Shown: positions 1-9,508 of the stretch, piece after piece | Layout of the letters: each line of letters begins with the position of its first letter | Position numbering within the stretch: the first letter of the stretch is position 1 | Source: Candidatus Undinarchaeota archaeon | GTDB taxonomy: Archaea > Undinarchaeota > Undinarchaeia > Undinarchaeales > UBA543 | Assembly (NCBI GenBank): GCA_964567575.1 | Contig: CAZMMZ010000007.1 | Location: 2,090 to 66,089, forward strand | Direction: 5' to 3' | Length of the DNA: 64,000 bases | Position numbers and translations under genes: made by a program | The notes under the pieces: generated by a model | The model's database searches: none | What the model was told of the DNA's origin: nothing | The model's input: only the letters and a program-made list of their open reading frames with translations

Positions 1-795
1 TGATTTATTTTTTGTAAGTTCTTTTATTGCCATCAGTGTTTTCAATTTCCCAAATTCTTTTTCAACCCACCTGATTGAAAATGGAAGCTCTCCAAATTCG
101 TTTTTTGACATTTCCAAAAGTTTCCTTGCTTCCCGATTCCTTGTTGGCTTGTCTTGTAAATATTCATAAATGTAAACTTCTTTTGCATCAGTTACCATTC
201 CACCACCATTAGTTGCGAATGGTTCAATTGCAACTGCCATTCCATCTTCCAATGCAATATTCGATTCGTTTTTGATATTTGGAACTGATATTCCAGCATG
301 AAGTTTATTCTGCTCGAGCAAATGCCCAGTTAAATTTGCAATTGGCACAACATCGAATTCAGTAATTGCAGTTTCAATAGCAGTTCCCAATTCACCTAAT
401 GTAACTCCTGGCTTTGCAATTTCAAGAGCAGCATTCAATCCTGCTTCTGCAGCTTTAATCAAATTCTTATGCTCTGCACAATTGTTCATTGAATATGTAA
501 CTGCACTATCAGCAATATAACCGTCAACATGCACCCCAATATCAATCTTCACTAAATCCTCTTTTCCAAAAGTTAAACCACAATTCAAATCTGGAGTAAA
601 GTGTGCAGCGTTTTCATTAATAGAAACATTCAAAGGAAATCCAATTTTTCCACCATCTTTTATAATCTTGGCTTCAATTTTATCAGCAATCTCGCGAACA
701 CTAGCACCTGGTTTAACAAGGTCTTTCGCAAGCTCCTGAGCTTTCTTTAGGATTTCTCCAGCTTGTTTGTATTTTTGAATTATTTCTTCTTCCAT
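1..795 (-). CDS. map: Methionine aminopeptidase, archaeal type 2 (3' end runs off the window)
   Basis: Absent from the ORF track because no stop lies in the window. My minus-strand translation from ATG 795-793 gives MEEEIIQKYKQAGEILKKAQELAKDLVKPGASVREIADKIE..GFPLNVSINENAAHFTP..IDIGVHVDGYIADSA..AIEPFATNGGG, the pita-bread MetAP pattern. The start overlaps the stop of the upstream gene by 16 nt. Confidence 0.85.
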   Translation of the reverse strand, partial: MEEEIIQKYKQAGEILKKAQELAKDLVKPGASVREIADKIEAKIIKDGGKIGFPLNVSINENAAHFTPDLNCGLTFGKEDLVKIDIGVHVDGYIADSAVTYSMNNCAEHKNLIKAAEAGLNAALEIAKPGVTLGELGTAIETAITEFDVVPIANLTGHLLEQNKLHAGISVPNIKNESNIALEDGMAVAIEPFATNGGGMVTDAKEVYIYEYLQDKPTRNREARKLLEMSKNEFGELPFSIRWVEKEFGKLKTLMAIKELTKNKS

Positions 796-1337
796 GCTCC
801 TTCCCTCAAAATTTCAATACTATCAGTAACTTTAATCACAGTACTTCCTTCTTTATATTTTGTCGGTCCACTATCTATAATATAATCTACTTTGTCGCGG
901 ATGCTTTTTGGAATTTCTTCAACAGTGCTTGGAGATTTTCCTCCAGCTTTATTTGCACTTGTTGATGTTATTGGCCCGAATCTTGAAACCAAGTCATAAG
1001 CATCAGGGTGCTCCGGTACTCTCATCCCAACAAACTCAGTATCTGTAATCCAATCCGGCACATTCTTTTTCTTTGCAACAATTGTAATTGGTCCTGGTAA
1101 ACTTAATTCAAAATCTGCAAGTTGCGTATCTGAAACAACTGCATACTTATCCATATCCTCTCGTCTCATTGCAACTGAAAGCGGCTTGTCAAATTTCCTC
1201 CCTTTCAAAGCATAAACTTTCTTCACGGCTTCTTCATTGAAAATATTAGCACCCAATCCGTAAACAGTTTCCGTTGGGTAAATAATCACACCTCCTTCAC
1301 GGAGAACTTTGATTGCTTCGTATAATTTATCAACCAT
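780..1337 (-). CDS. tsaC: L-threonylcarbamoyladenylate synthase (YrdC/Sua5 family, YrdC domain only)
   Basis: 185 aa. GGVIIYPTETVYGLGANIFNEEAVKKVYALKGRKFDKPLSV is the YrdC/Sua5 signature. Confidence 0.85.
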   Translation of the reverse strand: MVDKLYEAIKVLREGGVIIYPTETVYGLGANIFNEEAVKKVYALKGRKFDKPLSVAMRREDMDKYAVVSDTQLADFELSLPGPITIVAKKKNVPDWITDTEFVGMRVPEHPDAYDLVSRFGPITSTSANKAGGKSPSTVEEIPKSIRDKVDYIIDSGPTKYKEGSTVIKVTDSIEILREGAWKKK

Positions 1338-3772
1338 TATCCAAAATATTCACTCAGCTTTCCTTGCTTCTTCCCAAGCAGTTCATCTTCTCCATAGCCA
1401 AGCGCCTCCATCACTCTTGAAACAGCAGGAACAATCTGATGCTCAATATAATATTTCTTATCATAATTTTTGATATTAAATCCTTCAAGTGGTTTTGCTC
1501 GGTCCGAAACCTTACCCCCACCTTCAGCAATAGCATATCCAATTGTTGAACCTGTGCGGATATCCTCTCCTTTACTTTTCAGAATTTTAGCAACAGCAAT
1601 ATGCGGTGCCGTCACTAAATATTTATCAAGTGGCCGCGTTAAGTCTGTGTAAACTGCAAGATCTTCAATTGTCACATCCCCTGCATTAATTTTTTTAATA
1701 ACTTCTCTAACAACTTTGAAAGCTTTTTCAACATCTCCTTCTTTCAAAAGAGTTTCAATTGTTTTCTTTTGTGTTTCTTTTGCAATTGGGGACCAATCCT
1801 TCCTAACAAATTCAAGTCCTTTGATTTTGAGTTCTCCTTTTTCATCAATCATTGCATAGCGTTTCTTTGAAACAAACACTCCGCGCGTGTATAAATCTTC
1901 GAATTCCAGTTCCATAACTCCTGGCAATTCTTTATTTGCACGAATTTGGAATTTCTTTCCAATTTCTTTTATTTTTTTATCTTCTGTTTTTGTTGTAACA
2001 AAAAGAGAATCAGTATCTCCATAAACTGCTTTCAAATCAAATTCTTTTTCTGCAATATCAACAATCTTTTTGATGTACTCTCTGCCAAGTGCAGTAACAC
2101 TACTTGCCCCCTCACGAGTGTACCACCGAGATCCGCGATATGCTAAATAACCATAAGATGAATTTGCAAGAATCTTGAGTGTGTATTGCATGTTGTTCAG
2201 TTTGGTATATTCATCAGAGTCTTTCTTGCATTTCTTCATATCCTCTTTTATTTTCACACGCTCTTCAAGAATATTTCTTAAAACTGCTGGCATTAATCCA
2301 ATACGCTTCTCGCAGAACCAGTGCCCACCTGCAACCACTTTTGCTTTGCCTTTGCAACAGTCGCAGTCGATTGTGCTTTGGTCGATGTTGTGAGAAATTA
2401 TAATTGTTGGATACAGTGATCTGAAATCGAAGAGTGCAATGTTCTCGTGCATTCCTTTGTCTGGTTCTAAAACAAAAGCACCTTCAAATGCTTCGAATTG
2501 CGCGCGAGCTTCTTTCTCTTCAGACATTGGACGATTTGGAATTAATTCATTTCTTTCAAGTGCATTCCACATCAAATACGCTTCAACAAGTTGGCCGTAA
2601 GTTGTTCTGCTTGCATCGAAAAGAGGAACGCGAACTTTTTTTGCAATTTCATATTCACGAGGAAGGAATAAATCTGAAAGTTTTTTTGTAACAACTGCAT
2701 CTATGAGAGAATATTCGTAAAGTTCATCAAGTTTTTTCTTGTCGCCTTTCCAATATATCGGTATCTTTTTCCAATCAAGATCTTTTTTCCCTTCACCTTC
2801 TTTTAGGAAGTGGCCTGCAACGCTTTTCAAAGTCCGTTTATTGACTTGCCCAAGTGCTCCGCGCAGAATAATATTAACATAATGGAAAAGATCAATGTGC
2901 TCTCGGCCAGTCATACCAGCAGAGTGGTACCGCCCTTTGCTTCTCTGTTTAATTCCTCTATCATCTCTCCCGAGTTTCAGTTTGTAATCAAACTTTTTCG
3001 CTCGTGTATTGATGAAAGGCATATCGAAATTATCAGAGTTGTAAGCTGTGAGTATGTCAATATCGTTTTCTTCAATGAATTTTTCAAATGCTTGAAGAAT
3101 TCCTTTTTCATCTTTCACAACTTCAACAAAGTCTGGGCCTTTTTTTGTTGAGAAAACTTTTTTTATTTTGTCAGTTGCAACACTGAGCATTATCATTGGG
3201 TCTGTTTCCGGTTGTGGAAGCCCACCTGGGCCATAAGCTTCAATATCAAAAGCAGCGACATTCATTTTTGGAATTTCATCATCAACTTGTTTTGGCTCGC
3301 CTTCCATTTCAATTGCAATTTCAACTTTGAGTGGTGAATCAAATGGAGCTCCTTTGACTTTTATCATAGTCATTGGCTCAAGCTTCTTATCCAAAATGTA
3401 TCTGCGCCCGAATAAAATATCTGCTTCAAAATAATTTTCAACACCTTTAATTCGCTTAACAGCTTCGCGCGCTTCGCGAACTTGTGTTGGATTTTTCGTA
3501 TAGACTTTTGCTAATTCTGTTTTTTTTGTTTTGTAATATCTCTCCACTTTTTCAACTTTTACAATTTCATATTCTGAAGTTTTCATTTCTAGTAATCGTT
3601 TCTTCACATCTTCAAAACCATCATCAAGCAGTGCATAGAAATACGGTTCAAAAGTCTTGTCAGTAACTAAGATACTTTTCCCCTCTTTAGTTCTGCCAAA
3701 CATTCGAATTACTGCTTTTCCATTCACAAGTTCGTAATCAATGTCCAGCAAACAGAAAGTGTATTCTGCCAT
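1337..3772 (-). CDS. polB: DNA polymerase, family B
   Basis: 811 aa. Exonuclease motifs (FDIE, YNSDNFDMPF) and polymerase motifs (SLYPTII, KILANSSYGY, YGDTDSLFV). No intein-sized insertion. Confidence 0.95.
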   Translation of the reverse strand: MAEYTFCLLDIDYELVNGKAVIRMFGRTKEGKSILVTDKTFEPYFYALLDDGFEDVKKRLLEMKTSEYEIVKVEKVERYYKTKKTELAKVYTKNPTQVREAREAVKRIKGVENYFEADILFGRRYILDKKLEPMTMIKVKGAPFDSPLKVEIAIEMEGEPKQVDDEIPKMNVAAFDIEAYGPGGLPQPETDPMIMLSVATDKIKKVFSTKKGPDFVEVVKDEKGILQAFEKFIEENDIDILTAYNSDNFDMPFINTRAKKFDYKLKLGRDDRGIKQRSKGRYHSAGMTGREHIDLFHYVNIILRGALGQVNKRTLKSVAGHFLKEGEGKKDLDWKKIPIYWKGDKKKLDELYEYSLIDAVVTKKLSDLFLPREYEIAKKVRVPLFDASRTTYGQLVEAYLMWNALERNELIPNRPMSEEKEARAQFEAFEGAFVLEPDKGMHENIALFDFRSLYPTIIISHNIDQSTIDCDCCKGKAKVVAGGHWFCEKRIGLMPAVLRNILEERVKIKEDMKKCKKDSDEYTKLNNMQYTLKILANSSYGYLAYRGSRWYTREGASSVTALGREYIKKIVDIAEKEFDLKAVYGDTDSLFVTTKTEDKKIKEIGKKFQIRANKELPGVMELEFEDLYTRGVFVSKKRYAMIDEKGELKIKGLEFVRKDWSPIAKETQKKTIETLLKEGDVEKAFKVVREVIKKINAGDVTIEDLAVYTDLTRPLDKYLVTAPHIAVAKILKSKGEDIRTGSTIGYAIAEGGGKVSDRAKPLEGFNIKNYDKKYYIEHQIVPAVSRVMEALGYGEDELLGKKQGKLSEYFG

Positions 3773-3874
3773 TCGTTTTATTAGGATGTGCGAATTTATA
3801 AAATAAGCGATTGAATCATAAAAAACTATATATTCCTATAACACACAAACATAATATGGAATTCAAATTTTCAA

Positions 3875-4636
3875 TTAGAATGGGATAATTAGGGTTCTAT
3901 CTATAATTCTTTTTATCTTTTCAAACTCACTATTCTTTTTACTGTATTCGTTTAGAAAAATATCGTGCATACTCACGTCTATTCTATAAAATATATCTAT
4001 TATTTCTTTGGCACACTTTTTTTCTTTCCCCCTTTTTGCACACTTTTTTAAATTATCTACATCAACAACAATAGGTATACCTGTTCTACCTTTTTTCATA
4101 AAAAAACAAATTCCCCATTGTTCATGTTCATTCACATATCCTGCTTGATGATACTTCCTTACTTCTGCTCCTAATTTTTTGTATGTTTCTTTATCAGTAA
4201 ATGGGAGCTTTTCTCCAACCCTCAAAGAAACAGGATCTACAAAATCTTCACCTTCTTCTCCAAAATATGAAAGAACAATTGCATTTTCTTCTTTTGCTCT
4301 TGCAACAATTGGTGGGAGTGTGCACTTTTCTTGTTGCAAGTTATTAAAAATCCTTAAACATCTGTTTGCTTCTTTTGCTTCCTTAAATTTTTTCACTACT
4401 AATTGTAGTGGTTTGTTTTCTAAAATTTCATATTTATCATTTATTTCCACTAGTTTTGAGAATTCATAATTACTACTCATCACTTTAGAAATAGTTGAAT
4501 CTAATTGTTCGTCGTCATCAGATTTTTTCTCCCCATCTCTCACACCTGAAATAATTTCATTTAATGGAATTCCTTTTTTGTAAATACGAATAATGTGCCC
4601 CTTCTCGCTTCGAATTTCTCTGTAGTCCTTTTTCAC
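3875..4636 (-). CDS. Hypothetical protein (weak protein-kinase-like pattern)
   Basis: 253-aa ORF, 4-nt overlap with tyrS. VVKKFK .. IVLSYFGE .. VVDVDNL loosely recalls a RIO/Kdo-type kinase fold. No firm family recognised. Confidence 0.5.
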   Translation of the reverse strand: MKKDYREIRSEKGHIIRIYKKGIPLNEIISGVRDGEKKSDDDEQLDSTISKVMSSNYEFSKLVEINDKYEILENKPLQLVVKKFKEAKEANRCLRIFNNLQQEKCTLPPIVARAKEENAIVLSYFGEEGEDFVDPVSLRVGEKLPFTDKETYKKLGAEVRKYHQAGYVNEHEQWGICFFMKKGRTGIPIVVDVDNLKKCAKRGKEKKCAKEIIDIFYRIDVSMHDIFLNEYSKKNSEFEKIKRIIDRTLIIPF

Positions 4637-5700
4637 AACTCTTTAGCTTTCTTTACTATTTCATATAACTCTTTCGCCTTTCCTTTCTCAAAATGTTTCC
4701 TAACTGGAGCTAAAATTTTATCCATAACTTCAGAAGTTGCGTTCTTCAAATCCATTGGATGCAGTTTCCCTGCAGAATATAGTTTCTCTAATTCAGCGTA
4801 ATTCTGAATTTCCAAATTGCCACCGAACTTCGCTGGTCTCTTGATTGTATAATCTTTAATTTTTCTGAAAATAATGTATCGCCACATTTCCATAACTGGG
4901 TTGTCGGCTGTCACTTTCTCTGGACAATGTGCCTTATTCAATTTTTCCTGAATTTCTTTTTTGGAATCGTGAATAAATATGCAAGAACCAACTTTTGATT
5001 TGCTCATTTTCAAATCAGCTTGCTCTTGTCCCATTCGTCCTTCTCCAGCGCCGTGCAAACCAGCAAGAAGATGGTGATGAATACAAACCTTTTTTCCATA
5101 ACCAAGTTTTGGTGCAACTTCTCTTGTCAATACTGTTGCACGCCTCTGGTCCATTCCCAATTGTAAAATATCAATATCAAGCCAGAACGGATCCCATGAT
5201 TGCATCATTGGGTAAAAGAGCTGAGAGGTGTATTGCATATCTGCTTCCTTTCGTCCCATTATTGTTCCAGCTCGAGTAGCTCTGTTTATAGTATTCTTTT
5301 TCGCAACTTCTAAAACACCTTTCCAATAATCTCCATTTTGAACTTCATCAGAAGCCCAACGGACTTCAACTTTCTTTGTGTCAACGCCACACGCTTTCCA
5401 GCCTTCTACAAGATACTCTCCACATTTTTTTATTAAATCAAGATCGCCGCCCATTTTGTTATTAATCCAACCGTGCCAATCAGCAACCCATAAAACAAAT
5501 TTCACTTTCGCTTCTTGAAGATCTTTGATTTTCTCAGCGCGCATCAACCCAGATGCCAAATGCAAAAGTCCAGATGGTTCAAAACCATCATAAGCTCGTG
5601 GTGAAGTTTTAGTTTCTAATAATTCTTTCAAATCCTCTTGAGTAATAACTTCTTCAATTGGTTCTCTTGTGATAAGCTCAATGCGCTTTTCTAAATCCAT
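4633..5700 (-). CDS. tyrS: Tyrosyl-tRNA synthetase (archaeal type)
   Basis: 355 aa. YDGFEPSGLLHLASG (HIGH-region equivalent), KMSKSK, and a C-terminal KRPAKFGGNLEIQNYAELEKLYSAGKLHPMDLKNA that closely resembles M. jannaschii TyrRS as I recall it. Confidence 0.9.
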   Translation of the reverse strand: MDLEKRIELITREPIEEVITQEDLKELLETKTSPRAYDGFEPSGLLHLASGLMRAEKIKDLQEAKVKFVLWVADWHGWINNKMGGDLDLIKKCGEYLVEGWKACGVDTKKVEVRWASDEVQNGDYWKGVLEVAKKNTINRATRAGTIMGRKEADMQYTSQLFYPMMQSWDPFWLDIDILQLGMDQRRATVLTREVAPKLGYGKKVCIHHHLLAGLHGAGEGRMGQEQADLKMSKSKVGSCIFIHDSKKEIQEKLNKAHCPEKVTADNPVMEMWRYIIFRKIKDYTIKRPAKFGGNLEIQNYAELEKLYSAGKLHPMDLKNATSEVMDKILAPVRKHFEKGKAKELYEIVKKAKEL

Positions 5701-5747
5701 GATTAAAATCTAGTAGCGTTTTTCTTATATATCTTATTATTGGTTTT

Positions 5748-6785
5748 TTATGGGAATAAAGCCTGTCTTAAGATTGTTTCCTCTAGTTTTTCTTTCAGCA
5801 TTTCTACTTTTTCTCTACCTGGATGATTTTTTGGTGTTAGTTCTAATGCTTTCGTCATACATGTGAGTGCTTCTTTGTATCTTCCTAAAGAGGCGAGTGT
5901 AACTGCTTTATTGTTCCAAACGCCTTCAAAATTTGGGTCTGCTTTTATTGCCTTATTATAAGATTCTAGTGCTTCCTCAGGTCTTTTAATATGATTGAGG
6001 AAATTTCCTCTGTTATACCATATTTCTGGAGCGGTTGGAATTAGTTTTGTTATTATGTTATAACATATTAAGGCTGCTTCATATCTTTCTAACTGGCGTA
6101 ACATGATTATTTGGTTTAGCCATATTGTTGCTGCTCTTTCTTTTTTTGTTTCTAGTTCTCCTTTGTGCTTTGTTCCTTCTTTTTCTAATGATACGTCATA
6201 CTGTTTGTTGTTTACTATTACATAAGCATGCCCGAATGCTCCCATCCCTTCAATTATTCCTCGTTCTTCTTTTGAAAACTTATCTAAATCCACTTGTTTG
6301 TAGCTACAGGTTTCAAATTGGATTTTGTAGTTAAGTGCTCGTGCTATTTCTCCAAAAACAGTTGACATTGCTAAACAATCTCCGTGCCGCGTTTGTCTGA
6401 AGTTTGATACTGTTTTTTCACCTGGAATTCTAAAGGACCGCATAAGTTGGTTTATTTGTCCTCCTAAATATTCTCTCAAATGCATCAGAATTTCATCATC
6501 ACTTATTTTCTTATTTTTCCGCACCCACGTTCCAAGCTCTTTAAGTGTTCCATCTATCCATTCTGGGAATTTTCCTGCTTTGGCGATTTTTAGCAGTCCT
6601 CTTGTTTTCTGTTGCCTTAGTTTTGGTTTTATTTTTTTGATTTTTTTCTCTAGGTCTGTTGGTAACACAGGAAACAGTTTTTTATTTTTGTAATAAAATT
6701 CTATTAAAAATAGTAATGTTGATGTTGGATTTATTGCTGCTTTAATGAATCTTTCCACTGGTATTTTATCTATATCTACAACCAT
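5748..6785 (-). CDS. Transglutaminase-like cysteine protease domain fused to TPR repeats
   Basis: 345 aa. Candidate Cys-His-Asp core (HGDCLAMSTVF .. FGHAYVIV .. YDVS), then three or more TPR-like repeats (AALICYN.., EALESYNKAIKADPN, EALTCMTKALELTP). Confidence 0.65.
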   Translation of the reverse strand: MVVDIDKIPVERFIKAAINPTSTLLFLIEFYYKNKKLFPVLPTDLEKKIKKIKPKLRQQKTRGLLKIAKAGKFPEWIDGTLKELGTWVRKNKKISDDEILMHLREYLGGQINQLMRSFRIPGEKTVSNFRQTRHGDCLAMSTVFGEIARALNYKIQFETCSYKQVDLDKFSKEERGIIEGMGAFGHAYVIVNNKQYDVSLEKEGTKHKGELETKKERAATIWLNQIIMLRQLERYEAALICYNIITKLIPTAPEIWYNRGNFLNHIKRPEEALESYNKAIKADPNFEGVWNNKAVTLASLGRYKEALTCMTKALELTPKNHPGREKVEMLKEKLEETILRQALFP

Positions 6786-6903
6786 ATCTGGGGTGTAGTT
6801 TGGAAAGTTAATAATGTTTACTATCCTATCTCTGCAAATATTTTACTAACATCTGCAACTTTTTCTTCCAGTTCGCAACCATTATTAAAACAAATTCCTG
6901 TGT

Positions 6904-7953
6904 TTGAGTATGAATGTGGGAATTGTTGGCTATGGTGCTTATGTTCCGTGCTATCGTATCTCTGTTGAGGAGATTGCGAAAGTGTGGGGCGGTTCAGCTG
7001 ACAGTATTAAGAATGGCTTAAATGTCCAAGAGAAGGCAGTTCCGGCTCCTGACGAGGATACAGCGACTATCTCAGTAGAGGCTAGCAGAAACGCAATGAA
7101 GCGGGCTCGGATTGAACCGGAAAAACTCGGAGCGATTTACGTTGGCTCTGAATCACATCCTTACGCTGTTAAACCCACAGCCACAATTCTCGCCGAAGCT
7201 CTTGAAGCAACACCGAACCTGACTGCAGCGGATTTCGAATTCGCATGCAAAGCAGGCACTGCTGCAATGCAAGCAATTACTGGTTTAGTAAAAAGTTGCA
7301 TGGTTGATTATGGTCTTGCATGCGGTGCAGACACATCACAAGGTGCACCTGGCAACGCACTTGAATACACTGCAGCTGCTGGTGGCGCGTCTTTTATTAT
7401 CGGCAGAGAAAACATTATTGCAAATCTTGATGAAACTCTTTCATTCACAACGGACACTCCAGATTTCTGGCGCAGGGAAAATCAAGAGTATCCACAACAC
7501 GGTGGTCGATTCACTGGCGAACCTGCATATTTCAAACACACAATTTCAGCAACTGAAAATATGCTGAAAAAAATTGGAAAATCCCCAAGCGATTTTACTT
7601 ATTTTATTCCTCATCAACCAAATGGAAAGTTTCCTATTCAAGTTTCAAAAAAACTCGGCTTTACAAAGGAACAAGTCGAGCCAGGACTTCTTTCTCCTCG
7701 AATTGGAAATACTTATTCAGGGTGTGTTCCGCTTGCGCTTTCTGCAGTTCTTGATGTGGCGCAACCAGGAGAGCAAATTCTTGTAACTTCATACGGCTCT
7801 GGCGCTGGTTCAGATTCTTTTGTTTTTACAATCACTGACAAAATCGATGAGGTTCGTGATCTCGCGCCTCGAACAATGTCTTACATTAACAAACGCAAAT
7901 ACATTGACTACGGCACATATGCAAAGTACAGGGGGAAGTTAAAACTCGAATGA
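6904..7953 (+). CDS. Hydroxymethylglutaryl-CoA synthase (archaeal)
   Basis: [24 protein letters not shown] and [12 protein letters not shown] are typical of archaeal HMGCS. The track start is TTG 6904; ATG 6910 (MNVGIVG) is more likely. The stop overlaps the thiolase start (ATGA at 7950). Confidence 0.9.
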   Translation: MSMNVGIVGYGAYVPCYRISVEEIAKVWGGSADSIKNGLNVQEKAVPAPDEDTATISVEASRNAMKRARIEPEKLGAIYVGSESHPYAVKPTATILAEALEATPNLTAADFEFACKAGTAAMQAITGLVKSCMVDYGLACGADTSQGAPGNALEYTAAAGGASFIIGRENIIANLDETLSFTTDTPDFWRRENQEYPQHGGRFTGEPAYFKHTISATENMLKKIGKSPSDFTYFIPHQPNGKFPIQVSKKLGFTKEQVEPGLLSPRIGNTYSGCVPLALSAVLDVAQPGEQILVTSYGSGAGSDSFVFTITDKIDEVRDLAPRTMSYINKRKYIDYGTYAKYRGKLKLE

Positions 7954-9110
7954 AAAAAGAAGTTGCTGTAATCGGAATCGGAATTACACAGTTCGGAGAA
8001 CTTTGGGATGAATCGTTCCGAACCTTATTTGTCAAATCTGGTGCGGAAGCAATTCAAGATGCTGGAATCAAATCCGACGATATAGACGCGCTGTTCGGCG
8101 GTAACATGAGTGGCGGTCAATTCATTGGCCAAGAACATCTTGCTTCTTTAGCAATGGACCACACTGCTCTGCTTCCAAAACCAGCAATGCGAATTGAAGC
8201 TGCGTGCGCATCTGGTGGTATGGCGGTTGCTTCTGCTTACATGGCTGTGAAATCTGGAATGCATGATGTGGTTGTTGCAGGTGGAGTAGAGAAAATGACT
8301 GATGTTCTTACAAGTCACACAACCAGCGCACTTTCAACTGCAGCAGATCAGGAATGGGAAGCATTCCAAGGAGTAACTTTCCCAGCATTATATGCAATGA
8401 TTGCGCGCAGGCACATGTACGAGCACGGAACAACTGAGGAACAGCTTGCACAAATTGCTGTGAAGAATCACGACAATGGTGAGAAAAATCCTAAAGCACA
8501 TTTCCGTAAAAAAATAACAATTGATCATGTTCTTAATTCTGCGAAAATCGCAGATCCAATTAAATTACTGGATTGCTCGCCTGTAAGTGACGGCGCTGCT
8601 GTTGTAATTCTTGCAAGCGCAGAGAAAGCAAAAGAATTTTGCGATGATCCTATTTGGCTTGCTGGAACAGGCCAAGCAACTGGTTCAATTGCTCTGCACA
8701 ATCGAAAAGATATTTGCAGACTTGGTGCAACAGTTGAAGCATCACGCAAAGCTTATGAAATGGCAGGCATCACCCCAAAACAGGTAAGCTGCGCCGAAGT
8801 CCACGATTGTTTTACAATCGCTGAACTTTGTGCAATAGAAGATTTAGGATTTTGCGAGAAAGGACAAGGCGGAAGATTTGTTCAAGATGGAGAAACTGCA
8901 TTATCTGGTTCAATTCCTATTAACACATCCGGAGGATTGAAAGCAAAAGGTCATCCTGTTGGTGCAACCGGAGTTGCGCAAGTTGTTGAAGCAGTTCTTC
9001 AGCTCCGAAGCAAAGCAGGTCCTCGTCAAGTTTCTGGTGCGGAATATGTTCTTACTCATAATGTTGGTGGTAGTGGGGGTACTGCATCTGTTCATATCTT
9101 TTCACAATGA
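7950..9110 (+). CDS. Acetyl-CoA acetyltransferase (thiolase)
   Basis: 386 aa. Thiolase fold with catalytic Cys context ([10 protein letters not shown]) and C-terminal HPVGATG / NVGGSGG. ATGA overlaps at both ends. Confidence 0.9.
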   Translation: MKKEVAVIGIGITQFGELWDESFRTLFVKSGAEAIQDAGIKSDDIDALFGGNMSGGQFIGQEHLASLAMDHTALLPKPAMRIEAACASGGMAVASAYMAVKSGMHDVVVAGGVEKMTDVLTSHTTSALSTAADQEWEAFQGVTFPALYAMIARRHMYEHGTTEEQLAQIAVKNHDNGEKNPKAHFRKKITIDHVLNSAKIADPIKLLDCSPVSDGAAVVILASAEKAKEFCDDPIWLAGTGQATGSIALHNRKDICRLGATVEASRKAYEMAGITPKQVSCAEVHDCFTIAELCAIEDLGFCEKGQGGRFVQDGETALSGSIPINTSGGLKAKGHPVGATGVAQVVEAVLQLRSKAGPRQVSGAEYVLTHNVGGSGGTASVHIFSQ

Positions 9111-9508
9111 ATAATGTACCACGCTTTTGGAGAGAAATACCGCAACGGTATAATTTCATTGGAAATAAATGCAAAGGTTGCGATTGGATTAATTTCCCTC
9201 CAAGAAGTATTTGCAAAAAATGCGGATCATCAGAATTTGAGCGATTTGATTTGAAAGGAGAAGGTAAGGTTATTACCTACTCTGTAATTAGGGCGGCGCC
9301 TCCTGGTTTCGATAACTTAGTTCCTTATGTTGTTGCTATAATTTGTCTTAATGATGGTCCACGAATCACTTCGCAAATTGTAGATTGCGATCCAGAAGAA
9401 ATTGAAATAGGAAAAAAAGTTAAAGTATGCTTCAGAAAGATTGTTGAGGACGGAAAAGCTGGTGCAATTTCGTATGGATATAAATTCAGGTTATTAGATG
9501 AACAGTGA
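9107..9508 (+). CDS. DUF35 OB-fold/zinc-ribbon protein (thiolase-HMGCS scaffold subunit)
   Basis: 133 aa. CxxC..CxxC rubredoxin-like ribbon (CKGCDW..CKKCGS) followed by an OB fold. The position between thiolase and HMGR matches the known archaeal thiolase/HMGCS/DUF35 complex. Confidence 0.85.
   Translation: MNNVPRFWREIPQRYNFIGNKCKGCDWINFPPRSICKKCGSSEFERFDLKGEGKVITYSVIRAAPPGFDNLVPYVVAIICLNDGPRITSQIVDCDPEEIEIGKKVKVCFRKIVEDGKAGAISYGYKFRLLDEQ

Noticed and set aside
1470-3666. Seven plus-strand ORFs of 60-113 aa inside the polB region
   Set aside because: They are antisense to a well-supported 811-aa polymerase gene, are low-complexity and Phe/Leu/Ser/Cys-rich, and have no motifs. These are typical shadow ORFs of AT-rich DNA. 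The same reasoning applies to the antisense ORFs inside tyrS, thrS, smc, argS, the COG2403 gene, OTC, EamA (12288-12767) and others.
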